From Tubiluchus corallicola (Eukaryota; Animalia; Priapulida), in contig JAQGDQ010000128.1 of NCBI GenBank assembly GCA_030141605.1, positions 124,001-188,000 of the forward strand: a DNA stretch of 64,000 nt. Direction: 5' to 3'. The translations under genes and the position numbers were made by a program. Of this stretch, positions 62,271 to 64,000 are shown piece by piece (position 1 is the first letter of the stretch; every line of letters starts with the position of its first letter). The notes beneath the pieces were generated by a model. That model saw nothing but the letters and a program-made list of their open reading frames with translations, was not told where the DNA came from and ran no database searches.

Positions 62271-62887
62271 TGCCAAATTTAATCTGCCTTGAATCAGTCT
62301 GTAAGTCTTAAATGCATTCAAACCCATTTTTATATAGTTGGTGTGGATAACTGGACAGCATAAATAGATCTAGGTTATTTTCTTTCATTTTTTCATAATT
62401 TTGATACCAGTATACTGAGAATATCAAAATCTATGTTTTTGTTATTCAGAAAGAGCTATCATTCAGAATTCTTTATCATTATCCTATGAAAAAGTCTGTT
62501 TTGAGGTGCGCAATGCTTCCGTTACAAGAACTTCAGCTAGCTGTATGCAGCAAACCTGTCCAGGTGGAGTTCGCGGATTCGTGCTATTAGCAGTTTCATT
62601 TTAACGATAAGTTTTCGTATTTGTGGCATCATTTCGTTAATGGCAGTTTAAACAATCATTTTTATTACTACCATCCCAAGGTTCATTTAATTTTGCGCTG
62701 TTGCAAAAATATCTCTACGTTTGCACTTCGCTCATAAAATTCCATAATAATTATTGTAATAATGCACATATGAGCATCATATCTACGCTAACTGATTTTT
62801 TGGTTTAGTCCATTTTAGAAAATATGCAGTCATTTACATCCTATATAGTCGACTTAATGAAAAGTATTAAGTACGTGCTGTTAAGAT

Positions 62888-63050
62888 TCATTACGTAACA
62901 AAGAGTTTATTATGTAATAATGCAACATTATGTAACAAAAATGCTGCATTATGTAATAAGTCCCAAAAGATGCATTAGATAACAACTTTTAAACTATTAT
63001 GTAACAATTATAGCGTCATTATGTCATAAAAATTATGCAACGTTATACAA
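62888..63050. repeat. Degenerate tandem repeat with a CATTATGTAA(C/T)AA core, probably transposon-derived
   Basis: About seven imperfect copies at roughly 20-bp spacing. Confidence 0.65.
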
Positions 63051-64000
63051 CAGATTAACCTAGCTGTGCGTTAGTGGGTCTGCAACTGGTCTGGTGTGGT
63101 CTACAACTGGGTCTTGACCCAGTCTTGAAGTGGTCTAATTATTGGACTGGGTCAATTTGTTTTTGCTCTAGATGAGAGTTTGGCTCCGTGCTCGATTCGG
63201 TCTCGAGTCTGGTATATCAGAGTGTCCGTCACATGTCTGGTCTGACATGGGTATAGGTTTGTTAATGCGAAAAAAAGGAAAATGGTCCTAAACGAAAAGT
63301 TGTAATTTTGGAAATCATTGGTAAAGCTGTTTGGGAAATCAAAATTCTTGTACTTGTTTATCTTTGCAAGCTATTACAATTCACAAGCAACATTTCCATT
63401 GCAGAAAGTTAACATTTCGCACAAACACATAATATACTGTCGACTAATTCCCAGGTCCATAAACGAGTCCAACTTTTTAATAATGAATACGTCCAAATTT
63501 CCAAAAGGCTCATGCTCACAACGCAAGAAAAACCATATCCTCAACAAGCAGAGAATATTGAATTTTCACCATTTTCTTGATAGCTTCAATGAAATCTAAA
63601 CTAGTATTTGAATTATACTAATATGAACACCGGCTTCACTTACCCGTAAAATGGAGTTCGCATCGACAGTGCTCTACCATCGATGCTGCTGTTCGAAATG
63701 CCACAGTGCTGCTTGTTGCCATAACAACAATTGATTCATTCATGCATTTAGCACCTCACGCTTTCTGAGGCTCATTCGGTATTGGTTTCTTTTGCTTATG
63801 GCTTAAATGACCTTTCGTTAACAAGTAATAAACAGCGTAAAAATGGTGAATAAGATAAGCGCAGATTAAGTCTAATTTTAAAATTCGACAAAGAGAGGTG
63901 GACGATAAAGTAGATAGGAAGAAATGGTACATAAAGAGGCGGACTTATACTGAGGAAGAAAGAGCATGTGAAAGAGAGAGAGATACAGAGAGATGAATGA

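Overview
AT-rich eukaryotic (animal) genomic DNA. The DH31 sequence is arthropod-type, so the source is probably an ecdysozoan/panarthropod (inference). Most ORF-track entries are spurious; genes were rebuilt by hand from GT-AG junctions and phase continuity. Five + strand genes are supported. (1) The last two exons of a TEX49/SPMIP11-like ciliary gene (183-1647). (2) A complete DH31 calcitonin-like neuropeptide precursor (inferred non-coding exon ~7039-7210; CDS 17298-17380, 19831-19920, 21194-21314; mature [32 protein letters not shown]-amide). (3) A 210-aa TNFR-superfamily-like receptor with 5 coding exons and no death domain (44702-50173). (4) An unrecognised 117-aa single-pass protein with a YDDV motif, shaped like a transmembrane adaptor (54615-57878). 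(5) Exon 1 of prohormone convertase 2 (61288-61461), continuing beyond the window. Three of these promoters carry a full palindromic CRE. The remainder holds microsatellites, MITE-like elements, a ~900-bp foldback, three decayed LINE fragments and a rearranged Penelope-like element with a degenerate hammerhead. No tRNA, rRNA or CRISPR array was seen. Family assignments come from remembered motifs, not database searches.
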